A stretch of DNA of 64,000 nt, taken from contig NC_068990.1 in NCBI RefSeq assembly GCF_001194135.2, positions 33,966,349 through 34,030,348 of the forward strand, read 5' to 3'. Position 1 is the stretch's first letter. Each line of letters starts with the position of its first letter. This stretch comes from Octopus bimaculoides (taxonomy: Eukaryota). Below the pieces are notes generated by a model, which had not been told where the DNA came from, did not search any database, and saw nothing but the letters and a program-made list of their open reading frames with translations. This document shows positions 50,690 through 63,720 of the stretch, one piece after another. A program made the translations under genes and the position numbers.

Positions 50690-51200
50690 TTATTTGTTTG
50701 TCTTTTATAGCTGCTGAAGTAGACTAGGGTGTTATAATGAAGGCAGTTGAATGCAGATCAGTGAGCAGGTTCCTATATTTGAAAGGTCGAACACCAAGAG
50801 AGACTTTTGATGAGATGAAAGAGGTTTATGGTAATGATGCACCCCTATACCAGATAGTCCAGTGGTCAGACATTGGTGGAAACTGCTCCTATTCCTGGAC
50901 GACCACATTCCACCATTGATGACAACATCATTCATAAAGTGGAAGCTGCCATTTTGGAGGATCACTACCTATCTATTCAGCAACTCACTCAAAAAGTGAC
51001 GATAAGTGTAGGGTCATGACCATTTGCACATGCAGAAGTTGTCTGCATGATGGATTCCCCAGATGCTCACACATTTTCAGAAGCAGGAATGAGTCAATTG
51101 TTCCCAGGTTCTTTTGGTAATGTACCAAGAAAACGAGGAGGACTTTTCGCGGCAGACTTATCACACAGGATGAAACATGGGTTCGTCACTATGATCCTGG
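50690..51200 (+). mobile_element. Decayed mariner transposase N-terminal half
   Basis: MKAVECRSVSRFLYLKGRTPRETFDEMKEVYGNDAP (HTH region), WIPQML (WVPHEL-like motif) and ITQDETWVRHYDP (first catalytic Asp motif), with frameshifts. Confidence 0.85.
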
Positions 51201-51241
51201 TGGTTCTGCCTATTGTTCTCACCAGTTTAACATGTTGATCT

Positions 51242-51538
51242 GACAAGTGTCTTCTACTATAAGCCTCAAGCCCACCAAAGCCTTGTGAGTGAATTTGGTA
51301 GACAGCAACTTAAAGAAGCCTGTCCTGTGTGTATGTGTATGTGTGTGTGTGTGTCCTTATGTCTGTATTTGTTCCACACCCCACTGCACCACTCGACAAC
51401 CAGTGTTGGTGTCTTTACATTCCCATAACTTTGCAGTTTGGCAAAAGAGACAGAATATGTCTTAGTCTTCAAAAATAATAAATTCAGCAAGGTAGTGCCC
51501 CGACATGACCATGGTCTAATGACTGAAACAAGTAGAAG
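51242..51538 (+). mobile_element. 5'-truncated SINE family A copy
   Basis: Runs from gacaagtgtcttctact to gactgaaacaagtag. Confidence 0.8.
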
Positions 51539-54500
51539 TGCTGCTAACTCCGTCACGTATATCACACTGAAACTAAGTATATTACATAGATGCAAGATCT
51601 TCAGATACAATTGTAAATATTTTAAAAGATATATTTGTGTAACAAGTATTATTGAGACACCTTTGACAGGAGAATTAGAGAATATTTAATCAAGCTTATG
51701 TGTTTGCCATCATCACTTAACATCCATCTTCCACACTGTTGTGGGCTGGATGGTTTAACAGGATTGGGAGAGTCAGAGGACTGCACTAAGACCTAATGTT
51801 TGCTTTGGCATGATGTTCTATGGCTGCATGCCCTTCCTGATGCTCAAGCAATTTGTAGATTGTACTGACAGATTTTTCCATGGCACCAACACCAGTGAGG
51901 TGGCTGAGTAATTCATGAGATGCCTCAGCTGAGCCAGGTGCAGTATTGGAAGAGGTTACCTTAATGTTGAGAGGTTAAAGTATGATAGAGGACAGAAATG
52001 GGTGCCTTGCTGTGGAGGAGATACATGGTTACCTCAACTGGTAAAAGAGAAAAGATGTGGTGTTGATGAGATGTCAGGCATACCCTTAAGGTACAAGAAA
52101 GTGAATACAAGAGCCAGAGTAGCAACAGATGATTGGAAACAGTGGTGGTGGTTTGGCAGGGGGTAAGTTTCTGAGTGTGCAAAGGAGAGTGACAGATGGT
52201 TAAAGATAAGGATAGAGGTGAATGCAGTGAATAGGTGTGTCCTATATTTTTCTTGTTTTATCTGATTATTAGTTTTGAAATGTGCTTGATTGGCTTGAGT
52301 GTCTAGAAACCCCGGTGCAAGCTGAGGCTCCCTAGTGATTGATTAAACTGACTGACTTAAAAGATATAGTTATGCTTACAATTTTGCTTTAGATAATTGA
52401 CAGACAAATCCTACTGAATCACTGATAAGTATGAAATTAATAGTAATTGTCAAATTAGTAAAAAAAAAAAAAATAATAAAAAAACTGCCACACAATGCAT
52501 GGGCAAGGTTAAGTACAAATCCATCTTCTCAATTAAAAGTGATTGATAGCTATTTAATCAACTGCTTCACTTAAATATCTGCTACAAATCCAGTACCTGC
52601 TGCAGAAGTGAAATATTTTAATTCTTTAATTACTTTTAATGCTTAAGTAGCAAGTCCCTAACAATTTAGTTCTACCCCCAATACTTTTACAGTACAGTAA
52701 CTAATATGGTTAATGTGCATACCCTCCATGTTTCTGTTATACTGCAGAAAATCGCCTGTTATTTTCCATTTCCCATCCATGAAGATTTTATCTTTGCTAA
52801 TTATCAATGATGATAATTTATTGACATCATCTCAGCATCTGTCTGGCTCAGATAACTTTTTTTTTTATTATGATAATAAGCAAATCATTAAGAACATCAA
52901 TACGCAAGTTAATTTAAGAATGGCCAGCAATAATTTTTGTTCAATAAAGCATCAAATAACTTTGATATTCAGATAAACTCCAGATACAAACAGTTTTTTT
53001 TAATCAATTTAAATACAAAGTAAAAGAAATATTTCACTACAAGTCATGATAAAGTTCATATGTAATTTTAAGATCTTAATAACTGCTTGTTTTACGACAA
53101 AACAATACAACAATAAACTGGATTTACTCTACTTGTTTCCTATACTTTGTAATCTGAAGCTGTTCCACTATATTATTTATTACTTACAATAAAATGTTCA
53201 TAAAGAACACCAGACATTCAACTGGTAAAACCAAAAATAGTATATTAAAGCCATGATAGATAATGTATGAAGACTGTATAAGTTAGAGGCATTGTGTCCT
53301 ATGCAAAGAACTTTTATTACCAATCCTCATCTATAAAAGCATGAATTGTTACTAGCATCAGACTCATTGTTTATGGCTTGCCCAAGTAAGTCTTAAACAA
53401 TTAATGAAAGTTTATATTGAAGTAGGAATCAGAAAAATCTCTTTCTGCTTTGGTGGAAGGCTTTTTACAAAGAGTGAAATATTGGTTATATGAAAATAGA
53501 TTTCAACAAGCAGAGAGGAACATAATGCAATATTCACATGGAAGATATAAGAGATGTGTGAGATGTGAAAGCAGTAGTTAGAGAGCATAGTTCATTGATA
53601 AAAAGATAAACATGCACCAAGGACTAAACAAAATTTCAAGAACAAAAAGCAATTGCTATAACTGCTCTATTCCATAACTATTTCTGTATTTAGTTATTTC
53701 TTTCATGATTAGATTACAAAATCTAAAGAAGTTGGTGTTTAAAAAATTTTTTTCAGCTCTTGTAACATCCTATTTTTTTCTTTCCTTCAGTTTCATGATT
53801 TTGCAAAGTTAGATAGTTGGGTTTTTTTTCCTAACATTCAACCAACTAATTGATTATTACCTATATTAAAGTTAACGTAACTGAAGCAAGTGGAGTAATG
53901 CAGCTTTATTAAGGGTTCAATGCAACATTTGTGATGGGCTTTGATCTAATATGGTTCAGAATAATAGATCAAAACAATGTCATTTCAAGGGAAGAATTCA
54001 CTTGCCAGAAATACTTGTGAATTTCTTTCGGATATTCAGGGGAAAGGTCAGTTAAGGTTGGTAAGAGTAACAGAGATGAAAGGTAGATATTTTGAAGTTT
54101 ATAGCCGAATTTTCATGCAAGAGTTGCAACTTATTTTGAAAATGGAAAAATACAAAAAGAAAATAAATATTAAAATAGTCTGATGTCAACAGAATGAAAT
54201 CAAGCTTATGATGTTGTATAACAACTTATTGTTTTATGGAAGAAAGAAATAACAGTTATATAAATAGATATTGATTTTGTGTTTATAATGTTAAAGTTGT
54301 TCATAAAGTCACAAATCACTACATTATTTATATTCACCTAAGTTTGTTGTTAATTTATAGCTTATTATAACAGAGTGGCTAGCCTGCTGACTATATTGAG
54401 AGTAAGTTCTAACCTACCTCACTATTGTATTGTACCCTTAATCAATGAATCTAAAAATAGATACTGCTCTTATCTAACATAGTTGAATGGTAAGTATTAA

Positions 54501-54590
54501 AAATGATATTAAAAATAACATACATAGCTCATTAGAGTGTACGAGAGGAACAACGTGATGGTTTCATTTTCAAATCAATGTCTTCTAAAG

Positions 54591-54856
54591 CAGCAGTCCC
54601 CAACCATTTTTGTATCATGGACCCATTTCATGCAAGGCAATTCTTACATGGACTGGGGGATAATGTGCATAACAAAACACAATAAAGTGCATAATATATA
54701 ATTTAGTTATTACATATATAATGCCAATATATATGTACAATTACATAGAACATTATGCACTTTACTTCTACTATTGTTATATTATATCCTGTGCTGTTCA
54801 GTACAAATGATTCATGGCCTGATACTGATGTGCAGCCCAGTGGTTCAGGACTCCTG
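54591..54856. mobile_element. hAT (Charlie-like) MITE
   Basis: Termini cagcagtccccaacc ... ggttcaggactcctg, with a degenerate 8-bp TSD ttctaaag / ttccagag (NTCTAGAN-like). Confidence 0.75.
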
Positions 54857-54951
54857 TTCCAGAGTATGCCAGCTAGATAAAGCCCATTTCTTTCCCACTA
54901 ATACTCATGGAAGGATTTGTACTCTACACAGCAAGTTAAGGACATACTCAC

Positions 54952-54995
54952 CAGTTATATGCTGTTCCTATTATATGAACTGGCATCAATTTTTC
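54952..54995 (-). CDS. Candidate 44-nt exon, unknown product
   Basis: Acceptor tgttcattatctag|, consensus donor CTG|GTGAGT; one open frame, EKLMPVHIIGTAYN. Could be a chance pseudo-exon. Confidence 0.13.
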
Positions 54996-55359
54996 CTAGA
55001 TAATGAACACAAAATTTAAGTGTTCAGTCTCATAGTCATTGTATTCTTTGTAAAATATATTGGCATAACAGCATATAGGGATCCTTCACCCAGGCACTCT
55101 GTCTTCTAGAAATAACAATCAGATCTCCCTCAAATTACACCAACTGTCTTGAAAAACAAAAGGACACTTTGATTATTGTAGTGAATGGTCTGAAGAAACA
55201 GTACATGATGGTCATGGATAGAATGCTTTTGTCAATAGATTCGGCTTACTCGGGGTTCCCCTGGCAATAGATAATGACCACATCATGTGTGCATGTGTGT
55301 GTGTGTGTATGCATGTATGTATATATGAATACATCTGCATGCACGTGTGTATATGTGTA

Positions 55360-55395
<36 letters not shown>

Positions 55396-56499
55396 CTGAT
55401 GAAGGAATATTCCAAGTGGCTTTCCGTTTTCCTATGTGTTCGTTCCGTTGTCTGTAGTTCATTGTTCTAACGTCCTGTACCCTGATATGCATGTATATAC
55501 ACATGTAGATGTAAGTATGTACATATATGTGTGTATACATGTATATATATTCTTTGTATTATATATATATATANNNNNNNNNNNNNNNNNNNNNNNNNNN
55601 NNNNNNNNNNNNNNNNNNNNNNNNNNNNNNNNNNNNNNNNNNNNNNNNNNNNNNNNNNNNNNNNNNNNNNNNNNNNNNNNNNNNNNNNNNNNNNNNNNNN
55701 NNNNNNNNNNATACATATAAACATATATATATTTTACAATACTCTACCTACTCAAAAAAATAAATGAATAAGTAAAGAAGAGGATAAAGATAGAAAAAGA
55801 AAAAGAAAATGCAAAAGTTTTAAATATTTACATAAATTGCTTTTTCTTAAAATCTATTTCATCTCCTTTGACAACGCAGTAGCACGGATGAAATAGTGTT
55901 TCATATATGAATTATTTACGACAGTTGTTTTCACTGTTAGATTAATCTTTTTAACTATTCAACCATCAAGTGGCAACTATTTTCAGACAGATGAACTCAG
56001 TCAAGTGTAGTTTCACATGTTGTCTGAAATAGAACAATGTTTGAAGGAAGGTTTCAACTCATGATCTTGTTGGCTGAAGACAAAATACTTAACCTCACAT
56101 CTATTTGTCTCATTCAGCTCATACAGAAGACATATTCTTCACACTTCACAGCTGAAATCTTTGCAGACACGGAGGGGAAACTGTAAATATTTTCAATTAC
56201 ATATCTAACTGGTGGTGGTGCATGAAATACCTTAAACATTGTCAACAATTGTTAAAAGATGCAACTGTACCAAAAATAAATGTGTGTGAATCCCAGTTAA
56301 CATTTGTATACTTCAAAATAGGTCCTTGTGCAAATCCACAGTTTAGTGGAGAGCAATCTTACAATTAGCTCAAAGGATAATTCTAAAATAAATTCTTCAA
56401 ATCAAAATTGTCTCACCTGTGCTAACATGGAAGCATTTATTGCTTATGATTAAATTAATTGTTAAGACATTTTCAGGTGTAGACGTGGCAGTGTGGAGG

Positions 56500-56665
56500 C
56501 AAGGCATGGCTGTGTAGTAAGAAACTTGCTTCCCAACCACATGGTACTGGGTTCATTTCAACTGTGTGGTACTTTTGGTAAGTATCTTCTACTACAGCCC
56601 CAGGGCAACCAAAGTCTTGTGAGTGGATTTAGTGGATTTAGATGGAAATTGAAAGAAGCCTGTCG

Positions 56666-56700
<35 letters not shown>

Positions 56701-56955
56701 TTGTGTGTGTCTTTGTGTCTGTGTGTGTCTGTGTGTGTCTTTGTGTCTGTGTTTATCCCCCTCTATCACTTGACAATTGGTGTTGGTGTGTTTATGACCC
56801 CGTAACTTAGTGGTTCGGTAAAAGAATTTGATAGAATAAGTACTAGGCTTAGAAAGAATAAGTCCTGGGGTTGATTTATTCGACTAAAACCCTTTAAGGT
56901 AGTGCTCCAGCATGGCCATAGTCAAATGGGTGAAACAAGTAAAGAAGTAAAAGAG
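56500..56955 (+). mobile_element. SINE family A copy
   Basis: Full-length, followed by (AAT)n. Confidence 0.8.
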
Positions 56956-56958
56956 TAA

Positions 56959-56961
<3 letters not shown>

Positions 56962-57047
<86 letters not shown>
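56962..57047. repeat. Long (AAT)n microsatellite
   Basis: Pure trinucleotide tract; one of dozens of (CA)n, (TA)n, (AAT)n and (GAT)n tracts in the window. Confidence 0.95.
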
Positions 57048-57048
<1 letters not shown>

Positions 57049-57266
57049 CCTTTCTAATAAAGGCACAAAGCCTAAAATTTGGTGGGGTGGGGATTAGTTG
57101 ATTACATCAACCTCAAATGTTTCACTAGTACTTTAATTTATTGTCCCCAAAAGGATGAAAGACAAAGCTGACCTCTACAGAATTGGAACTCAGAACATAG
57201 CAACAGGTGAAATACTGCTAAACATTTTGCCTGGCATGCTAATGATTTTGCCAGCTTGCTGCCTTA
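57047..57266 (-). mobile_element. SINE family B copy between (AAT)n tracts
   Basis: Reverse-complement homology to family B. Confidence 0.75.
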
Positions 57267-57442
57267 ATAATAATAATAATAATAATAACAATAATAATAA
57301 TAATAATTAGGCATGCAATTTTGAGATGTGTTAGTTATCTCAACCCCAGTACTTGAGTGGTGTTTTATTTTATCAACTCCTCACCAAAATATAAAAAGCT
57401 GGGAATGTACTGCAAGGCATTGTGTCCAACAATAAATGCTCT

Positions 57443-57993
57443 GATGCAGTACCAGGCACTGGCTCACATGGCTTCTGATCTTAACTGATTGGAAGTATTA
57501 TCATGTACGTTGTTTTGTCTTGGTATAAAAGATGGGCTACAGCAAATATTCTGCTCAATACCACAGATTTGCTTGTCAGTTGTTTAACCATAACCAGTTG
57601 AGCATGTCCCTTTGTGGCTGACGATATGTGCATCTCTGTTCATGAGCAGATGTAATGCAGGAGCATCATAGCCATGTATTGAGAGGAATTCTTTGGGGTT
57701 TGGATAATTCATCTTTGGAAAAAGGGGTTTCATTGAATTTCATTAAACAACCGTTTTTCAGGGACCTTTTGAGTGGGATGGGCTACTTGACCTGAAGAAA
57801 ATTCTAATTGGATCCCACCTGCAAGGTCATGCACTATTTATCTTGATATGAGATCACCATGTTGCACACATGTGTTTGTGATGCATGTGTCTGGTGTAGC
57901 CTTATCAGACGGGTAGTCATAATGGTTATACTGGGCTTCGTATATTTTACCGCAATGTCACTTTGATGGCATGCACTGCTCTCTCACTCACTC
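57443..57993 (+). mobile_element. Retroposon-like repeat ending in ctcactc(AAT)n
   Basis: More GC-rich block with a simple-repeat tail, abutting a degenerate SINE. Single copy in this window. Confidence 0.45.
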
Positions 57994-58024
<31 letters not shown>

Positions 58025-59160
58025 GTTTGTAAATAAGGCAAAAGGCCAGCTATTTTAATGAGAGGAGATAAATTGATACCATCAACCTAGTACTTGACAA
58101 ATACCTAATTTTATCAACCTTAGAAATGCAAAGTTGACCTGGGCAGGATTTGAACTCAGAATACAAAGAACCAGAAAAAGTTCCAGGAAGCATTTATCCC
58201 AACGTGCCAAAGATTCTCTTAGCTTGCCACTCTAAATAATGAATTCTAGTTTCAGAATATGGCAAGCGATTTTGAGATGTGTTAGTTAGTTATCTGAACC
58301 CCAGTACTTGAGTGGTGTTTTATTTTATAGACTTGGCACCAAAATTCAAAAAGCTGGGAAAGTACTGCAAGGCATTGTGTCCAACAATCTATTGATGCTG
58401 CCAATCCACAATAAGATGTCGACAGATACTTTTGTCCAGTTCTGATTTAACTCTTAACATCAGTTGAAAAATGTTCAAAGTCAAAAGACCATTCCTGGAG
58501 AACAAAAAGAAATTATAGCAGAAAGGAATATTTTCCTTCCTTGCATTACAGAATTCATCACTTCCTTTAAAATGTATGTAACCAAGGTTAGTACAGTTCT
58601 TGAGATATCATGCATTTCAGGACTGGCTAACAGATGCAGTGCTGTGAAGTAGAGTGTCATATAGGGAAATAAGAATTAATGTCTAGAAAATTTTCATCCT
58701 CATGCTACTGTTATATCATAATCATCATCATCACCATCATCATCATCAACAACATTTAACGTCTGTTTTCCATGCTGGCATAGATTGGATGGTTTGACAG
58801 CAGCTGGTAAGGCCATGGGCCACACGAGGTTCCATTGTCTATTTCTGCTTGGTTTTTGTGGCTGGATGTCCTTCCTAATACCAATCACTTTACTGAATGT
58901 ACTGGGTGCTTTTTATGTGGCACCAACACCCACAACAATGCTTTTTACATGGCACCTTGATTTTAGGATCTCAATTCTGTTGTGGTGAGTGGGTCTCCTC
59001 AAGCACAGTAATGCACCACATACCTCAGTCCTCTGTTATCTTCTTCATAAGGCTTAGGATTTTAAGATTAGCCTTCAGCACTTAATCCCATGTCTTCCTG
59101 GGTCACCCACTTCCACAACTACCTTCCACTTTAAGTGGTCATATATATATATATATATAT

Positions 59161-59198
<38 letters not shown>

Positions 59199-59979
59199 AT
59201 TTATTTGTATATATATGTATATGTATATATGCATATATATATATATATATATATGAATATATATATACTCACACACGTGTGTGTGTGTGTGTGCAAATGA
59301 TACCATTTACATATATATATATATACTAGCAGCTAAGCCTGGTTTCACCCGGTCGGTTTGGATGATGTGGCTGTAAAGCCTGGTCTGTGTAAGCATTCGA
59401 CTTATCTGGGCTTGTTTACATTAAAGGTTGACTTTGCCTTTCATTCTTTTGGGGTTGGTAAAATAAGTACCAGTTGAGCACTGGGGTCAATTTAATTCAC
59501 TTACCCCATCCCCAAAACTGCTGGCCTTGTGCCAAAAATTCGAAATCATTATTAGTTTGACTTGTAGTAATTGGAAAAGAATGAGTTTTTCATTTTGTTT
59601 AAGAACATTTTCATAATTAGCCACACAAGCACAAGAATCACGAAGTCACATGCAATCTAAATTTTAGCAAAAAGAAAAAAAAAACTCTGACAAAATGACA
59701 TTTTTATTGAATTGTTTATGAGTTAAGTAATGGCAAGTAATAGCACTGTTTGTAACTTTCTGAAGGCAATGAGCAGATCGAATCATTAGCAAGCCAGACA
59801 AAATGCTTAGCAGTGTATCTTCCAGTTACATTCAGAGATCAAACACCAATGGGGTCGACTTTGCCATTTATACTCTTAGGTTCAATAAAATAAATACCTG
59901 TTGGACCCTGGGATCAACGTAATCAACTTCCTCCTCCCCTCATAATTGCTGAACCAATAATTAGAATTATTTATAATCT

Positions 59980-60208
59980 AAGGCGTTGAGCTGGCAGAAA
60001 CGTTAGCATGCTGGACAAAATGCTTAGCGGTATTTCGTCTGCTGCTACATTCTGAGTTCAAATTCCGTTGAGGTCGACTTAGCCTTTCATCCCTTCGGGG
60101 TTGATTAAGTACCAGTTACACACTGGGGTCGATGTAATGGACTTAATACCTTTGTCTGTCCTTGTTTGTCCCCTCTATGTTTAGCCCCTTGTGGGCAATA
60201 AAGAAATA
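59980..60208 (+). mobile_element. SINE family B (tRNA-like head, central gcctttcatcc..cggggtcgat..aagtaccag block) with 17-bp TSD
   Basis: A-box tggcagaaacgttagc, B-box gagttcaaattcc; TSD agaattatttataatct / agaatcatttataatct. Further degenerate copies at about 3765, 4330, 40190, 48255, 58025, 59410 and 59785. Confidence 0.88.
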
Positions 60209-61650
60209 AGAATCATTTATAATCTGCATTAGAATTGATAATCTCACCCACTTCCCTCATTGTCATTTCCCCACCGAAAAGTTTCATCAGGCTACTGATC
60301 ATAGCTATTTTCAGGCTATGAGAAACTGCCTATGTTTGATATATACATGTGTACACATATAGAAAACATTTTTATGGATGATTGTTTCCTGATATTTTAG
60401 ATCATATATTTCTGTTTGTGAATGAGTTGCAGTAGCATGTGGCCAAGAATATGCAAGTATTGAACTAAATCACATGAATTTTTATGGATAAGGTTGTGAT
60501 ATTCAGAATTACTGCAATATTGAAAGTAACTGAACTGAGTTCTATACAAATAAAAGACATCTGAAAATGAATTAAAGCAACATAAATCTCTCATATCACC
60601 ACATAAAAATGTATAAAACTAACGTATATCAATTTAGAAAAATATTAATAGAAAACTGTTATATGAAGATGAATAGTCACAGAATGATGGCAACATTCAT
60701 GGAAAAAAAAAATTCATGAAGATTATAAGAAAGTGAATAGGACAAACTTAGAGGAAACAAAAAGACAAAGATATAATTGTAATGAGTTGCACATAGCTAA
60801 ATAGGACATCGTTAAAGTAAGTTAGCAAAAAAATGTAAAACGGGCAATTAAGATAATACACATAACAAAATTTAAATTACAACTATCATATATTGCACTG
60901 TAAATAAAAGAGGATAATGTTACAAACAAGCTATTCGTTAATATAAGAGAATAAAACTGAGAAATTTCATGAAATTACCTAAGAAATGACAAACATTAAA
61001 TATATTGTACACAAGTGAGGAAAATAGCATCAAAGAACATGAATAGAATTATAAAAGAAAATGAAATTTGCTACAGATATTATCATCAAAATAAATAAAA
61101 GATTTCAGCTAATAAAAACATCACATGCAATGATATCATAACTAGTATCCTCAGAAAATAAAAACCTGAATCTTTTCTAATTTAACAAGAGAATGTCTTG
61201 CTATTTGCATTACATCAATGGAAGATATCTTGCAGGCATTTGTGAAAAGAAGATTTAAAGTAGAAAATGGTAATATAAACTATTTCAAACATATATAACA
61301 AAGTTTTTGCTAAAAGCAAGAAGTATGTTGAAATTATTATTACATTATAGTGTTTTATTAATATCAACATTTTCTAAATTTGTTGCTTTTTCTTTCTTTC
61401 TTTCATTCTTTCTTTTTTTTTTTCATTTTTACGTAAATTTCTCTTCTTTTTCATCTTAACTCAAACAAACATCAAAATGGTATCATGTCAAAGTTATAGA
61501 ATAATAGTCTTTGAAAACTAGAACAACTTACTGTTGTCTACTAGTTGACAGAGATTTCACCTCAGGTTACTGATTGTTCAAAATCAACTCGAAGAAATAT
61601 TACCATAAAAAAGCTACAATATTGTGTTTGATATTCTTGCAAGTAACGTA

Positions 61651-61722
<72 letters not shown>

Positions 61723-61824
61723 TAGACACATACATACACATCAAATTCGTTCTAACAGGGATAAACCGATATAGAATAGATATATGAATGTATGTATATA
61801 TGTAATTATAGCTATATATTTATA

Positions 61825-62190
61825 AATACTATGATGTTTCATGGTTGTGAGATATGGGCCTTGAATACAGAGAACTTGAAAAGACTGGAAAGAAATGAAG
61901 AAAGCATGCTCCAGTGGATATGCAATGTAAGTGTTAAAAAATGTTTTAGTACAAAAGTGACAAGAGAAAAAACTGAGTAAAAGTGGAATCAGATGTAGTG
62001 TGCCAGAAAGAAAACTGTGCTGTGTGGACATATGATGCATAGGGACAAGAACAGTTCTATAAAGACATGAAAATCAGTTAATGTGGATGGAGCTTCCAGA
62101 AGCTTCCAGAAGTGATGATGTGTTGAAGGCTGATCTTAAGATCCTGAACTTCATGGAGAACATGACAAAGGACTGAGATGACTGGTGGTA
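61825..62190 (+). mobile_element. RTE C-terminal fragment
   Basis: MFHGCEIWALNTENLKRLERNEESMLQWICNVSV, plus a KADLKILNFMENMTKD tail. Confidence 0.8.
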
Positions 62191-62589
62191 TGCAAATCTC
62201 ATTGGATTTTCGTGTGAGTGTGTGTAGTTGTCTGCACATGCTATGGGGGTATATTGGTGTAAATGGTGTGGGTACTGGTTTAGAGAAAGTGTGTGAGGGT
62301 GGAGGAGAGGCGTTGGAAGGTGGGATGTATGTGGAGTGTGTAAATGTGTGTGTGGGTGGGTTTAGATGAAGAAAGGTGACAAACTGAGACCATGAGGTAC
62401 AGAGGAATAAAGAGAGAAAATAAATTCCTGCTCTCAATGGAGGTGGAAGTCAGGGTAGTCTCTGTGCAAGGACAGCCTGAACACATACAGATGTAGTTGC
62501 AAATGACCAGTTGAGTGAAAGAGACACAAGACAGGGGTGTCATTGCCGAGTTTGATGTCCTGGAGATGTTTGGTAAATTGGTCGGCTAA

Positions 62590-63090
62590 TCACAGCCTCT
62601 TTGAGCCTCACAGAAGCATTGACTGGTGACTGAGACCTTTGGCGGTATGCTGTGCTTGAGAAGACCCGTCAAGTCAAGTGAAATCATAGTCATAGCTGAT
62701 GTTGGTGTGCTGGTGCCACGTAAGGAGCACCATTCGAGCATTGGGCCACATGTAGGCAAAGTGGCTGTGGTCCGTTTGAGTGTTGGGCTTCACAGAGGCA
62801 ATGACCAAGACCTTTGGCATTTTGCTGTGCTTGAGAAGAAAACCCATCAAGCCAAGCAAAATCACAACTGTGGCAGATACTGGTGCTACACAAATGGCAT
62901 GTAAAAGCACCCATTGCACTCTTGAAGTGGTTGGTGTTAGGAAGGTCATCCAGCTGTAGAAAACCATGCCAAATCAGACCGGAGTCTGGTGCAGCCATCT
63001 GGTGCAGCCATCCAGCTTACGAGCCCTGGTCAAACTGTCCAACCCATGCCAGCATGAACAATGGACATTAAATGATAATGATGATGATAC
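62590..63090 (+). mobile_element. RTE 3' UTR with internally duplicated module
   Basis: Two copies of gacctttggc..t.tgctgtgcttgagaaga..ccatcaagccaag, the motif ggttggtgttaggaagg.catccagctgtagaaaac, and a (GAT)n tail. Related tail fragments at about 6760-6948(+), 8043-8240(-), 10340-10470(+), 14330-14570(+), 21596-21755(-), 21993-22230(-), 23720-23880(+), 35570-35760(-), 51710-51900(-) and 58735-58965(-). Confidence 0.75.
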
Positions 63091-63604
63091 AATGAACTTT
63101 CTTCAGTTTCCATCTACCAAATCTACTCACAAGGTTTTAGTCAGCCTGAGGCAATNNNNNNNNNNNNNNNNNNNNNNNNNNNNNNNNNNNNNNNNNNNNN
63201 NNNNNNNNNNNNNNNNNNNNNNNNNNNNNNNNNNNNNNNNNNNNNNNNNNNNNNNNNNNNNNNNNNNNNNNNNNNNNNNNNNNNNNNNNNNNNNNNNNNN
63301 NNNNNNNNNNNNNNNNNNNNNNNNNNNNNNNNNNNNNNNNNNNNNNNNNNNNNNNNNNNNNNNNNNNNNNNNNNNNNNNNNNNNNNNNNNNNNNNNNNNN
63401 NNNNNNNNNNNNNNNNNNNNNNNNNNNNNNNNNNNNNNNNNNNNNNNNNNNNNNNNNNNNNNNNNNNNNNNNNNNNNNNNNNNNNNNNNNNNNNNNNNNN
63501 NNNNNNNNNNNNNNNNNNNNNNNNNNNNNNNNNNNNNNNNNNNNNNNNNNNNNNNNNNNNNNNATATGAAATTATACATGCATACACACATTAAAACATG
63601 TATT

Positions 63605-63644
<40 letters not shown>

Positions 63645-63681
63645 TACATACATACATGTATATACTCATTCACACACACAC

Positions 63682-63720
<39 letters not shown>

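Noticed and set aside
60262-60295. CTGATGA...GAAA on the minus strand (also at 19465-19500)
   Set aside because: No credible stem II, stem III or UH site.
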